DNA of 64,000 nucleotides, taken from assembly GCA_002269645.1 (NCBI GenBank), contig NIVC01001700.1, forward strand, positions 8,676 to 72,675, in the 5' to 3' direction. Positions 11,345 to 23,868 of the stretch are shown piece by piece. Position numbers and translations under genes: made by a program. The notes beneath the pieces are model-generated. The model saw only the letters and a list, made by a program, of their open reading frames with translations. It had not been told where the DNA came from and made no database searches. This stretch comes from Macrostomum lignano (taxonomy: Eukaryota). The number at the start of each line of letters is the position of its first letter. Position 1 is the first letter of the stretch.

Positions 11345-12640
11345 ATGCATGCAGAGGGGAGAGAGGGAGACAGAGGATGCAGAGGCGAGAGAGGGAGACA
11401 GAGGATGCAGATGCAGGAGAGGGAGATGGAGGATGCAGAGGCGAGAGAGGGAGACAGAGGATGCAGAGGCGAGAGAGGGAGACAGAGGATGCAGAGGCGA
11501 GAGCGGGAGACAGAGGATGCAGATGCAGGAGAGGGAGATGGAGGATGCAGAGGCGAGAGAGGGAGACAGAGGATGCAGATGCAGGAGAGGGAGATGGAGG
11601 ATGCAGAGGCGAGACAGGGAGACAGAGGATGCAGAGGCGAGAGAGGGAGACAAAGGATGCAGAGGCGAGAGAGGGAGACAGAGGATGCAGATGCAGGAGA
11701 GGGAGATGGAGGATGCAGAGGCGAGAGAGGGAAACAGAGGATGCAGATGCAGGAGAGGGAGATGGAGGATGCAGAGGCGAGACAGGGAGACAGGGAGACA
11801 GAGGCGAGAGAGGGAGACAGAGGATGCAGATGCAGGAGAGGGAGATGGAGGATGCAGAGGCGAGACAGGGAGACAGAGGATGCGGAGGCGAGAGAGGGAG
11901 ACAGAGGATGCAGAGGCGAGAGAGGGAGACAGAGGATGCAGATGCAGGAGAGGGAGATGGAGGATGCAGAGGCGAGAGAGGGAGACAGAGGATGCAGATG
12001 CAGGAGAGGGAGATGGAGGATGCAGAGGCGAGACAGGGAGACAGAGGATGCAGAGGCGAGAGAGGGAGACAGATGATGCAGAGGCGAGAGAGGGAGATGG
12101 AGAATGCAGAGGCGAGACAGGGAGACAGAGGATGCAGAGGCGAGAGAGGGAGACAGAGGATGCAGATGCAGGAGAGGGAGATGGAGGATGCAGAGGCGAG
12201 ACAGGGAGACAGAGGATGCGGAGGCGAGAGAGGGAGACAGAGGATGCAGAGGCGAGAGAGGGAGACAGAGGATGCAGATGCAGGAGAGGGAGATGGAGGA
12301 TGCAGAGGCGAGAGAGGGAGACAGAGGATGCAGATGCAGGAGAGGGAGATGGAGGATGCAGAGGCGAGACAGGGAGACAGAGGATGCAGAGGCGAGAGAG
12401 GGAGACAGAGGATGCAGAGGCGAGAGAGGGAGACAGAGGATGCAGATGCAGGAGAGGGAGATGGAGGATGCAGAGGCGAGAGAGGGAGATGGAGAATGCA
12501 GAGGCGAGAGAGGGAGATAGAGGATGCAGATGCAGGAGAGGGAGATGGAGGATGCAGAGGCGAGAGAGGGAGACAGAGGATGCAGATGCAGGAGAAGAAG
12601 ATGGAGAATGCAGAGGCGAGAGAGGGAGACAGAGCAAAGG
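11345..12640. repeat. Purine-rich minisatellite of 26/32-bp units (GAGAGGGAGACAGAGGATGCAGAGGC and GAGATGGAGGATGCAG variants)
   Basis: Visible tandem array; the long ORFs on both strands are repeat artefacts. Confidence 0.95.
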
Positions 12641-13294
12641 TCCTTAGCAGAAGAAGAGCTGATGTGAGGTGTAGACCTCAAACTTCAAGATGGATTTTGT
12701 GGCGTTTGAGAATAAAGTAGAAAAAAAGAGGATCTTGATCCCATCACATAGGCTGCTGGCCGGATCTCGGCATTAGATTTTGGCGAGAGAGCTGAGCCGT
12801 GAGGTGGGAGCTGAGGATATCTTCGGTGCCACTCGCAGTTGATTTGCAGGAATGCGTTGGATGGAGTAATTCTGCTTAGGCGGACCTGCGCCAGGCTTAT
12901 CGGGTTGCTATACGAATGAAAGGCGCGCGCGACCCGTGAAGCAATCTGGCAAAGAGCTTTAAGCATAGCAACTGCAGCTCTCGAGCTGCGCAGTGTCAAT
13001 CAATAGATTAAATTCGAGCGAGGCAGATTGGAGACTGAAAATGAAAAATTCAAATTATGGTTTCAAGTATGCTTACGCCTTTATTCCATCATTTTTGCCT
13101 CCTAATAAAATTGCCGCTTCATTAATTTCACCACGAGCCCCTGCCTCCTGCCCTATTGATTGGGTGAATTGTAAAAAATATGCGCCTCATGCTGTTAGTC
13201 TTTGTTTGAGTCAATTCTTTAATTTTTTTCGATACTTTCAAAGCAAAGCATTTGCTTTTTGTTGTCCTCGAATCGAGTGTAAAAAGTGTAAATC

Positions 13295-13640
13295 TAAGTG
13301 GAGTAGAGAAGTAGGAAGTAGAAAGTAGAAGTGAGGAGTAGAAAGGGGAAGCGGGGAGTAGAAAGAGGAAGCGGAGAGTAGAAAGGGGAAGTGGGGAGTA
13401 GAAAGGGGAAGCGGGGAGTAGAAAGAGGAAGCGTGGAGTAGAAAGGGAAGCGGGGAGTAGAAAGGGGAAGTGGGGAGTAGAAAGAGGAAGCGTGGAGTAG
13501 AAAGGGAAGCGGGGAGTAGAAAGAGGAAGCGGGGAGTAGAAAGGGGAAGTGGGGAGTAGAAAGAGGAAGCGTGGAGTAGAAAGGGAAGCGGGGAGTAGAA
13601 AGAGGAAGCGGGGAGTAGAAAGTGGAAGCGGGGAGTAAAA
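13295..13640. repeat. Minisatellite, ~20-bp unit GGGGAGTAGAAAG(A/G)GGAAGC
   Basis: About 17 tandem units visible. Confidence 0.93.
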
Positions 13641-15484
13641 AGAAAAGCCGGGCATTAGAAAGAATATAAAGTTTAGAGCCCTAAAATATAGTCAGTGTAC
13701 ATACCCTGACGAAGAAGTCGATGTCGCTTCGCTGTTCAGAATTTCAGAATTGCTTTCTCAGAAACTATAAATAGGTATAATTGTGTTTGCCAGCCGTGTA
13801 ACGATGTCGCTTGAATGCGTTTCGTTTGAAATTCTCTTATCTAATTCCATGTTTAGCTTAGCTTTGCCTCCTGCAAATAGGCCATGGGATTTGAATTTTT
13901 CAATGAGCTAGCTAATGAGCAAAATGAGCGCTGCAGCATATAGAGTCCCGTTTCCATTTCAGCTTTTCCTTCGGCGTAGCCCGCATGTAAAAGAACTGAC
14001 TCTGGAAATTTTCTCCGCTAAATGAAATAAATTCCCATTGTCCAATAGCGATTGTTTGAGTGAGCAAGGGCATCCGTTTTGTGTTTGCTTATCGTACGGG
14101 AACAAGGGCAAGTTTGCTTGAACACAGCGTCGCTTGCTGCTGCTACCGAGGAGTCTGTGGGAGTCTTTAAAATCGGTGTGGTGACAATCAATTTAAATTG
14201 GGGCTGCCAGTATTAGCGTATGGCTTATTGCAGGGGTCGGCAATCTTTTTTACCTCCAGGGCCAGATAGAGAACATAGCGCATGGCTGCAGGCCAGAGGA
14301 GGGGAGAGTGGAGGAGAGGACGTGAGAAAAGAGATGAGATGGTAAAGAAAAGTATAGGAGAGAAAGTAGAGAAGAGAAGGAAAGAGGAGAAAAGAGAGAG
14401 GAGAAAGGAGAATATAGAGAAGGGAGCTGAGAATAGACACAAACCTTGAGCGGACGTTAGTAACTCGGCTGTAACTTTGGCTAAAAAGCCGAAATTTCTT
14501 TAACCAGCTTGCCAGATTATTAACGAAGAGTTCCCGTCCTGCCATATCTCTGAGTAAGATGTATATCACTGCACAGCCGCCTTCTCAGCTCACCAAGTAG
14601 ATCAGAACCGTCTTCCTAGATCAATGATTGTTGGGTAAAGCTGTCATCCTTGCGAATTCCAAGTATAGAGCCGCCACCACATTCGGCGTCTTAAAGGACA
14701 CGTACGTACGGTTTGTATTGATTGTCCCAGTAACGACTACTTATAACTGTCTGTCGTTACAGAGCCGAGACCAGAGACCTAGCTAATGGGTTTTTCCTAG
14801 ACAGATACAGATATATGTTTGTGAATATTGAGACGGGACAAAAAGCGATTTAAAAACACCTAGACAATGATGATATTCATATTTCAGTGGCACTGACCGA
14901 CGACCCAGAGAGACAACAATTGAAAGCTATATTTTAAAATATAATACTCGTAGATAAACCAACGGCGCGCATATTTGGGTAGGCCAGACAGTTCAGAATT
15001 GGATACTAATGAAGTAGCTACTTATTTATTTATTTAGAAGTGCCAAAAATGCGCTCGTTCAGAAGATTTGAAGTCCTGAATGACTGAAAGAATGAAAGCA
15101 AAACAGATGAAGGACAGACTACAGACTACCAGGCACCAAACACACCTCATCCGTAGCCCGTATGATTTATTCAGCAAAGCAGGCGTATGTATATAAAATT
15201 AATTGAAAGCGAAGGCTCACATCATAATTTATTAGGTTTGCTACAGCCAGTTTATTGACTTTTTTGACATTGAATAACAGTTCTGAGATACGCTCGAGTC
15301 TTAAACACAGAAATCGCCGCTGTTGTGTCTATTTATTGGTTATCGATTTCTTCCGCTGGACCTGCCGCCAGAAAAGTGTTTCAGATTGCTTTGAAATAAA
15401 ACTTGATTTAATCATTGCCGATGCCTGATTTGATTGCTTAGTCTGTCCAAGTAGGCTGGAGACGCGCCTCTTAGCTTGAAACGC

Positions 15485-15930
15485 CTAGCGCCTCCGCCTC
15501 TTGCCGAACCTGCGGAAGGGGAGAGAATCCCTAATTCTTATTTTCCGTTGCAAATCAGCCATCGCAGTGTCCAAGTCACTTATCTACTGTCTGCCCATCT
15601 ATATCTCCGCCAGTATTAAGTTCTTGCATACCTCGGCCGTCCCACTAGGGCATAGTAAAGCTGCAGCCGCTCCAGGTATTCCTTAAGCGCCTCAGGCGAT
15701 TGGAACTTGTTGGGATCCAGCAGCTGGTTGGGATCCCCACCTGCGCCGGGTGGGCCGCCAATGCCCCCGCCGAAGTTGAAGTCAGCTCCGTCGGCGCCGC
15801 CGCTGAGCCCCAGGCTGGTCAGCTGCAGCGACCTGTCGTCCTCGCCGAATGCCGCAGCGGTATCGCCGCCGCCCGGCAGCAGCATTAGAAGGCCCAACAG
15901 CAGTGCGCCTGGCAGGGAGTTCACCGTCAT
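15485..15930 (-). CDS. npf: Neuropeptide F/Y precursor (GRPRF-amide)
   Basis: Exon 15632-15930: ATG, hydrophobic signal peptide, then ...PNKFQSPEALKEYLERLQLYYALVGRP-R. Phase-2 intron 15510-15631 (AG|GTATGC...TTCTCTCCCCTTCCGCAG) splits the Arg codon, as is conserved in NPY/NPF genes. Exon 15485-15509 gives R-F-G-K-R-R-R-R-stop (amidation and cleavage site). Confidence 0.93.
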
Positions 15931-16489
15931 GCTTAAATTCACGATGCAAAACTGAGTGGAACTTCCAACACTAAACCTGTTATATTAGTTTCTGGTTGGG
16001 CCCGTCAAACTGGCAGAATTGGGCTTGGGAATCAACTGTGTGCAGCCAGACGCATTCTCGAGCTTGTCTATAATCTCAAGTCAGGGGTGTACCAGTAGGG
16101 CTGAGAGGCAGGCTCAGGTCTGAGCGAATGCTCATTGGCTCTTGGACATCTGCTAGCTAGCTATAGGTTGTATCCGGATAGCTGGCTACATCCTAGTCGA
16201 TATTTTGACCATTAGCACTTCGACTTCCAAATTTGCAATGTCTCTTCACCATGCAGATTCGTTTCAATTTTCCTCTCTTATTGTTTACAATCACAAACTT
16301 GGAGACAAATCTGGTGAATGCTGTATGTTAAAAAAGCTATAGTTGGAACAGCCATCCTGCAGCCAAACCATATTTTGCGGTCACACAACTTTTCATGCAT
16401 TTTTGTGAGCTTATGTATGTACATCAATAACACTACGGGCACCCTGGCGCAACGCCTTCGGCGACATTGTCCTGCAACCAGCCATTTCT

Positions 16490-16750
16490 CTGACTCCTGA
16501 GCACATGCAGGCGCGTGTATACTACACACGCTCACACACGATACAGCACCCCTGGATTTCTAATCGTCAAGGATGTACACTTTCTGTGCCTTTGGGGGTT
16601 GGCCCTCGTGGTGTGAATCGCACGACAAACCCTGGCCATAATTTTCGTGCATAAGCCTCAAATGAATGTGGCTGCATGCGCACGGCATCGAGCCAGGGGT
16701 CGTGGCGTGAGAATCAGACACGTTCACCGCTAAGCTGCTTTGCGCCCTCG
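16490..16750 (-). mobile_element. tRNA-derived SINE, family A copy
   Basis: Reverse complement shows an A/B-box-like head (GCTTAGCGG...GGCTCGATGCC) and the family core CCAAAGGCACAGAAAGTGTACATCCTTGACGATTAGAAATCCAGG, shared with the copies at 39.1, 44.9, 48.8 and 63.4 kb. Confidence 0.8.
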
Positions 16751-17104
16751 GTAATTTGTCCATCAGTCGGGTGGTTAGATGGCTCTCTTGATGGCAAGTG
16801 GTGTGTATGAGCTTTAAACCTATGCTTATAGAAAGTGGCAATGCAGTGAGATATGAAAGAGATCAGCAATATCGCCCCAACTGTTTTAACCAACTCTGCT
16901 TTGCCATTTTAGAATCTTTTATGCACGGTTTTCAGTTTTTTAATCGTTTCTGCTGTAAACATAGCATGTAAAATTGTTTTCGACCATAAATCGACAGTAA
17001 AAAATCAATCCCAAAATAGCATAATTGCAAAAAATTGATTATGCAATTTGGAAATTGAAAAATTTGTTTCCCGAGTATTATCATTTCGGCGGAGAAGCAG
17101 AAGC

Positions 17105-17292
17105 AGAAGCGTGTCGATCTGCGTCCTGATCTGCCGGCCGTTTAGGAGTTCACTCGGAGAGTAGCCGTTGCCAGTCGGGGTCCGCCGATATTGCATCAGA
17201 AATTATTGCAGTGCTCGTAGAGGTGGCAGGCTCGAATTCTGCATGGCCTTCTTGAAGGTCTGGACTAGGCGTTCGGCCGCACCGTTAGTAGC
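17105..17292 (-). mobile_element. Ty3/Gypsy integrase remnant
   Basis: Translates as ATNGAAERLVQTFKKAMQNSSLPPLRALQ*FLMQYRRTPTGNGYSPSELLNGRQIRTQIDTLL, matching the NGxAER...YRxTP...SPxELLxGR integrase C-terminal core, with an in-frame stop. Confidence 0.82.
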
Positions 17293-18030
17293 TAGTTCAC
17301 ATAGGTTTGCCCTATATTCTCGGGTGCTTATATTCGTGGTACCGATAGTAACATCAACAAAGCGGAACAATTAGCTATGGACTCTAAAGCCCCTTCCCCG
17401 TTCAACGTTCACACTGCCATCCAATAATGCCAAATTTCGTGTCATCACTCGACTTTTACATCCACTTGCATTCTTTTGTACATCAGTCAATGTGGTTTGA
17501 TGGCTTTATTCGATGACAGTGTCAATCAGCCTTAACTGTCCCATTCGAAAGACTTACGCTCGAGTATTGTCAGTGGTCCTAGACGCGGCCAAAAAAATTC
17601 TCGGGCTTATAGATACGATCGCCTACAATTCCATCCTGGGATCAAGTCATCCCCATGTGTACGCTGGGAGGATGTCCTTCGATCTCGATTCTTAAAATAA
17701 CAAAAGACCCTGCAGCTAACAACCACAATAGCCATGCAGTAACTCCGTGCTTCATCATTACAGACAACATGAATAGACCGTTGCTCTTGACAGCTTAATT
17801 ATAGTTGATATGATGTGGCTCGATTGAATTAATAGGTGCATGGCTACTAAAGCCTAAAAATTTTTAAGCATAAGCTATCGAGTATTGATAAGAAACTCAT
17901 TGATAAATGCGTGGGAAGAAACACTTGGCTAATCAACTTGACTTGACTTAGCTGCAGGGGGCTCCGTGCGTCCGGAAACAGCGAGGAGGCGTTGCCGCCC
18001 ATTTCGCTAGCCCCTGGCGACCACGGGCAG

Positions 18031-21000
18031 CTAGTGCTGCGGTGTCGCGCAGGGAGTTCCGGTGGCGCCGGTGTCCGCAGCGCGGTCCCACTCCGGAGAG
18101 TCCAGGAGGTGGACTGTCGCTCGCCTGGTATCCCTTAGGTAGCGGACGAGCTGGCAGAGATTCTCGGGCCTGAAAACGTCGGAGAGGTCCGGGTTTGGGC
18201 CGAGGTAGGTGAGCCTGTCCTGGGTAAAGGCGGGGCATTCACAGATGAAGTGCTCCGCATTCTGGACACCGGAGAGGCAGAATGGGCATTCCTCACTGCG
18301 GATTTTCCCCTGGAGGTGACGATGCCTGGCAAAGCAGCCATGACCCGAGAGGGCCATGGTCACGCCCTGATGTCCCTGCGGTTGAGTCCAAGCAGGGCCC
18401 TGCGCAGGGCGGAGGAAGGACAGGGTACAGCCGCGCGGGATTGCCGCAGTCGGGGCGTTAGCCCACCTCTCCCTGTGCTTAGAAGCCACCTACTGGTTGC
18501 TACGAGTGGTGACAACGGCGGTGGGGGGTGGCCACGGGCAGGGGACCAGTGAAAGAACCGGTCGAGCCAGCCTTGGCCAGGCGATCGGCCAGCTCGTTGC
18601 AGGAGTGGCCCGAATGCCCGGGGATCCACCTTAGGGACACCTTGTTACGAGTAGAGGCGCCTAAGCGGTTGAGCTGCCCGATACAGTCGAGGACTGTACG
18701 CGACCAGGTGGTGGTGCGCTCAAAGGCGTGAATCGCCGCTTGACTGTCTGAGTGTAGGGTAATTTCCTTCCCCCAGACGCGCTGATTGTACAGCTCCATG
18801 GTTCTGGAAGACGTTGGAGCAGGTGCCGGTGTGTTGGGAGAAGGTCGCCAGAGTTCTCCCTCCAGACACGATGCAGTAGCCGTAGCCAGAGGCGGAGGTG
18901 ATTTGGGACCCGTCAGTGAAGCAGTGGATTTCATGGGGTTTCCAGTTGTCTCTTGCTTCATGACGTGGTGGAATGCTGGTTTTGAATTTGAGCGGAGGGC
19001 AGAGCGTCGACGGGATTCCGTCCGAGAGGGTCAGCAGACCTCTCGCTGCTTCCAGGTCTCGCAGGCTGAGGTCGCCATGCAGCCGGAGGTTCCGCTTTCT
19101 GAAGGCAAACTGCTTCTGGATTTGGACACCCGCGTCAAGCAGACGGCGGGTGGTTTTCATTGCCTCCCCTCTAACAAAGAGGTCGAGGGGGGAATTTCTA
19201 AGGAGTTCATGCCAGCGAAGGGCGTAGAGGGAGCCGCGCTCATAGCTCGACAAGCGCGGCCTTGCACCCTATTTAGAACCTCAAGAACCCCTTTCACCTT
19301 TAGGGCACTATTCCAAATGAAGCCGGCGAAGGAGATGGCCGGTCTAACAATGGCAGTGTAAATCCACCAGAGGCGGCGGGGGGTGAGGCCCCAGGTAGCA
19401 CCGAAAGCTCTGTGGATCTGCACGAGAGTCGCGAGAGCTTTGCGGGCTTTGGTTTGGACGTGCGGGGTCCAGCTCAACCTGTGGTCGAGGGTGACGCCCA
19501 GACATCTGGTTTGTTTCTCCATGGCAACAGGTTTGCCATAGAGGGAGAGCGGTTCGATCCTCCAGTTTCGGCGGCTGGTGAACATGATAGCCACGGTTTT
19601 AGACTCAGAGAACCTGAGACCGCAGCTATGTGCCCAGCGCTCGGCACGGTGGATGGAGGCTTGAAGGAGGTCCCTGAGGACCGCGGGCGATGGTCCAGCC
19701 ACAGTGGCGGTAACATCGTCCGCATAGCCGACCTTCTGAACTGGGTCCGGATGCGGGCTGCAAAGCAGCTCATCCATGACTAAATTCCAGAGGATCGGGC
19801 TGAGGACTCCACCTTGCGGTCCGACTTTCTGGACTTCCACGGAGCGTGAGTGTCCCAGGAGGTGCGAGGTGGCAGTACGATGGGAGACCATGTACATGAC
19901 CCAGCGAGTGAAGTGCTCGTGCGTGCCCCGGGATTCCAGGGCCCGCTTAAAGGCTTCAAAGAGCACATTATCGAAAGCACCATCAATGTCGAGGAGAAGC
20001 GACAGCGCGTATCCACTGCCAAGCACGGCGCGCTCCAGCTTGTCGACAATGGCATGCAGCGCACTTTCGATGGAGCGTCCAGGACGAAAGGCGTGCTGAT
20101 TAGGGGAGAGCGGGGAGTTCCTCAGCTCTACGAGGAGAAGGCGCCAGAGCACCAGCCGTTTCATCAGTTTGAGGAAGAAAGACGTCAGACTGATAGGGCG
20201 GTAAGCTTTGGCAGAGTGATAGTCTCCCTTCCCTGGCTTGGGTATGAAGACTACCGTAGCCTCTTGCCAGGCTTTTGGCACGTACCCGAGGGTAATGCTG
20301 GCCTTGAAGAGGTTGCAGAGGAGGCCGAGAAACCTGTCATTTTTAGCTACCTCATGGAGGAAGGCAGGATAAATGTTGTCAGGTTCCGGTGACTTGCCGT
20401 CCGGTCTTTTAATGACTGAGAGCTTTGACATTTTGTCGAGGGTGAGAGCCTTAACCACGCGTGAAGTAGGGCGGGTGCCTTCTAACTCCGCGCAGTATTG
20501 GCGCCATTTGTCGGACTTGGCTTTCCTGGTTTCACGCTTAAAGTCGCGGATCGCTTCTTGGTAATCGGCCAGGTCAGCTGGGTCCTTGCTCTTGCGAGCT
20601 TTCTCTGAAGATTGGAGGCACTTTGCCTTGCGCCGCAGGGATCCAAGCGCCGGGTTTCTTGCAAGGCAAGGGGCGGATTTCTTGCCTTTGTAGCTTTAAG
20701 AGGACAGGAAGCCTCATGGGCTGTCAGGACGGTCTTGCTGAGCAAGTCTGCAAGGTCATCCACTTCCTGACAGGTGGTTGGAGCTGCGGTAGACAGCTGA
20801 TCTTTCTGGCATTTCAGGGTTTCCGTGAAAACCGTCCAGTTAGTGTTTCGGATGTTCCTTTTCCACAGGATGTGAGGCTTGGGGCAAGAGGATTGCAATC
20901 GAAAACGAACGAAGCGATGGTCAGACAGAGATTCCTCTTCGTCCCAAACCTCCCAGTCCTTGACTAAAGGAGTCAAGCCATGGGAGACGAGGGTAACATC

Positions 21001-21582
21001 GAGGGCCTCCCTCCATCGCCCGTTGTCAAAGGTGGGGGTTCCACCAATGTTGCAAAACTCAGTATTGGTAGTGCAGATGTAAGCAAGGAGTTCCTCGCCT
21101 CTGCTGTTGGAAGTATTACTGCCCCAGTGGGTGTGGTGAGCGTTGACGTCGCCCGCCACCAGCAGCTCGAACCTACGGTTAGGGCAGTAGTCCACGAGGG
21201 AGGTGAGGTTGGGTGGAACCGCGGGGCCATCGCCAGGGATCGAGGCGATGATGACCGTGCGGTTGGTGATAATGTGGTTGGACTGAATGACACAGAGGTC
21301 TCTGTCAGAGAGGTCCGGTCTGTGCCAAGCTTTGAGATGGGTAGACACGAACATGGCTGCTCTGGGGTTTTTAGGGTCTTGAAAACAGTCAAAACCAGCA
21401 GGAATATTCAGAATCTTACCTTTCTTTGTCCAGGGTTCCTGGAGTAGGATAATGCCCGGTTTCACAAAGTTTGCCACCCGCATCAGGTTGGTCGAGGCCG
21501 CGATGCAGTGTTGTAGGTTTAGCTGCAGGATGTCCACTCCGGGGATTCCACGAGTGGTCCGCGCAGCTTCCTGTCGGCTCAA
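18031..21582 (-). pseudogene. LINE E2 ORF2 (APE-RT-RNase H-CCHC), disrupted
   Basis: ILQLNLQH, LLQEPW, AGDVNAHHTHWGS, SDH; KSPEPD, YRPISL, PQGGVLSP, YADD; CFTDGS, SDSQAAI, WIPGHSG; CPFC...HFICEC. Several frameshifts and a deletion before KSPEPD. Confidence 0.92.
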
Positions 21583-22870
21583 GGCGAGTTGTGCAGTAGA
21601 GCTGCCTCTTCTGCCTCGCCGATGGCTCCAAGCTCCAGTTCCATGGGCTCCTCCCAGATGGTCTCCAAGGTCGAGGGCGATGCGTTCACCTGGGCGGCAT
21701 TCTCGCTCTCGGCCCAGTTTTCCGGGGGGGGGGGCGCAGTGGTGACACTGGGCTGGGGGTTGCTGCGGTTGTGGGCCCTGGCGGTGTCCAGCAGCTGCTT
21801 CGCGCGCTGAGTCAGACCAGAGCGGATAGTGTTCCGGGCGGGTTTCCGGCCCTTTCCACGTCCGCCTGTTGCTGCAGCTTTCGCGGCTTTCCCTCTGACA
21901 GGGTCCACGTCCTCGGAGGGGTCGTGACGAACGGGAGCTTCTTTTCCTGGGCGTTTCCGCCCGGCAGAGCCCCCGCTCGCCCGCTTACGCTTCTCCGGGG
22001 GCGGTGGACGGGTGGCGTCAGAATCAAAGCTAAAGAGAACCAAGAATAACTACGATACCGTTTTCCGTAGGCTCCGGGTTGGTAGCCACTAGCAGGTGAC
22101 GCAGCTCGTCGGCCTTGGTGATGCAGCTGCGAGCCGGGATCCAGGCACGGTGCCGGTGTGTCCGGGGTCGTTCGTCCTCCCTGTAGATAAACAGGTTTTC
22201 CAGCTCCGTGCCCCAGTCGAAGGTTTTCAGCAGCTCGAGGGCTTGGTTCTCGACTTTCGTATTTTGGACTGGAATAGCGGTACCGCTCAAGGCCATCTTG
22301 ACCAGGTAGGAGTCCAACCTGCACCAGATAAGGTCGAGCTGTTCGGCCGTAAGAGGCGTCTCCTGGCCTTGGATAACCAGGGCCGGCTGCCTCGGCCATA
22401 GCCGCGTAGGTGCGCTTCGGCTTGGTGGTTTGGCCAGCACCCCCCGCTTTGGATCCCTCCACAGCCGTGGGAGCTTCCACACGGGCAGAGGTCCCGCCAC
22501 GAAAGGGGCCAGTCGCACCAGGAGCTTCGCAAGGCACCTGATGCATCTGGCCGGCGCGCGGGGTCCACCCCCTTGTCGGATGTCGGCTCCTCCGCGGGGT
22601 TCGCAGAGTTACCGGCACCCTCCTCGGAGGGCGGCTTTAGCATTCCTCCGTTCCTCCGCTTTGCGCTGGAGAAAGGCTACGGTCCCTCTTTTTAGAAATC
22701 TGAGGTCCGCTGTCTTGTTGTCCAGCCACTCCGGTGTTGTCCTGAGCGGCGGCAGCGGCAGACTGAGAGAGGCACCGGAGGTTCCGGTGTTGCGAATGTC
22801 CGGCTGGGCCGCGGTACCAACCTCGGTTGGTGCTCCAGCAGCCTCGGACGTGTTAGATGGAAATGGGGAC
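21579..22870 (-). pseudogene. LINE E2 ORF1, frameshifted
   Basis: LTAEQLDLIW and RAWIPARSCITKADELRHLL match E1 LTPEQLDVAW and RIWVPADSAIKSGEHLRQLL; ends EEPMELE...EAEEAALLHNSP-stop. Start position is approximate. Confidence 0.68.
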
Positions 22871-23868
22871 TAGAGGTGAGAAGCTGCTGGGCCGTAACCC
22901 CAAACCCACCAGCCAGGCAAAGAGGTAGCGACCGGGGGGTGGCTTAAGCCCTTACCGGCCCTACCGCTAGCAACCGAGCAACTCCCCGGCTAAGAGCCTG
23001 GCTTGGAAAAACCAGAGGCCGAACAAAGGACCATCAGCACGGTACTACACTGGGCCCTTGAGTGAAGCAGGAGGAGTGCCTCCGGAGCCTGCGGACTGGC
23101 CGCATACCCTGTTAAGGTCAGAGGGTGATACCTGTTCCTCATAGCCGTGGCCAGAGGTACCTGATACGCACAGTTTCACTCCCGGGCGGAGCCCGTACCC
23201 AACTTGGCCAACAGGCCACGGATGAGTTGCCGCCGCCGGAGCCCAGTCAGTCCAGCAGCCCTAGAGCTGCCTTGAACACATGCGGGGCGTGAACCCCTGG
23301 GTCGGCTTGCGAGTCAGCTTGGAGAGAGTTCTCCTGCCATTCCTGCACCAGAATAGAGGGGATGCAGGTGTGTAGGATTGCAGACCTTAGCTCGTAGGCC
23401 TGGTCTGTCTCATGCTACACAGGCATGCTGAACCCACCTTGCATGCCTTGGCTAATCAAGGAGCATTCTAGTTTTTATCCGATCTATAAAGGTTGTGTTT
23501 TTGTTGGAAACGAGCTCTCGTGCGTAAGTGGACAATGTAAGTGCCTCAACCTTTCTCAAATGCCTTTCCTAAAGATTTCCGTACTGCGAAAAAGCTGCCC
23601 TTGAAATATGGCTTTGAGCATGAAGACTTGCTTGCCGTCCCGAGAGACTCAACAACAGCAATCCGAATACAGAAGCACTAAAACATAAACAATAGCGACA
23701 GATTTGATTGAATATCTATCAATCTATCAGCACTAGCTAGATTATACCTGCAACAAAACTCCTGAAGCTTGTAGTAGAATCTCCTCCTTTTGACACCCGT
23801 GAAATCAAAACTGGCGCGACACTTCTTAATTCCTCTTGCTTCGCATGGCGTTCGGTTCTGCAATTTTG

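Larger units (their letters stand above)
17937..23446 (-). mobile_element. Full-length decayed LOA/Lian-like non-LTR retrotransposon, copy E2 (different subfamily from E1)
   Basis: 13-bp TSD CTTGGCTAATCAA at 17924-17936 and 23447-23459; 3' tail CTAAGTCAAGTCAAG on the minus strand; 5' leader homologous to E1. Confidence 0.95.

Noticed and set aside
11167-12720. Long Arg/Glu- or Ser/Leu-rich ORFs on both strands
   Set aside because: Stop-free minisatellite open in nearly all frames.
12685-12999. 104-aa minus-strand ORF as an exon
   Set aside because: No recognisable motif or consistent splice phases.
14520-14547. Alternative NPF last exon giving RPRY-G-R
   Set aside because: Needs a weak GAG acceptor; the exon at 15509 has a strong pyrimidine tract, a CAG and the canonical RFGKR.
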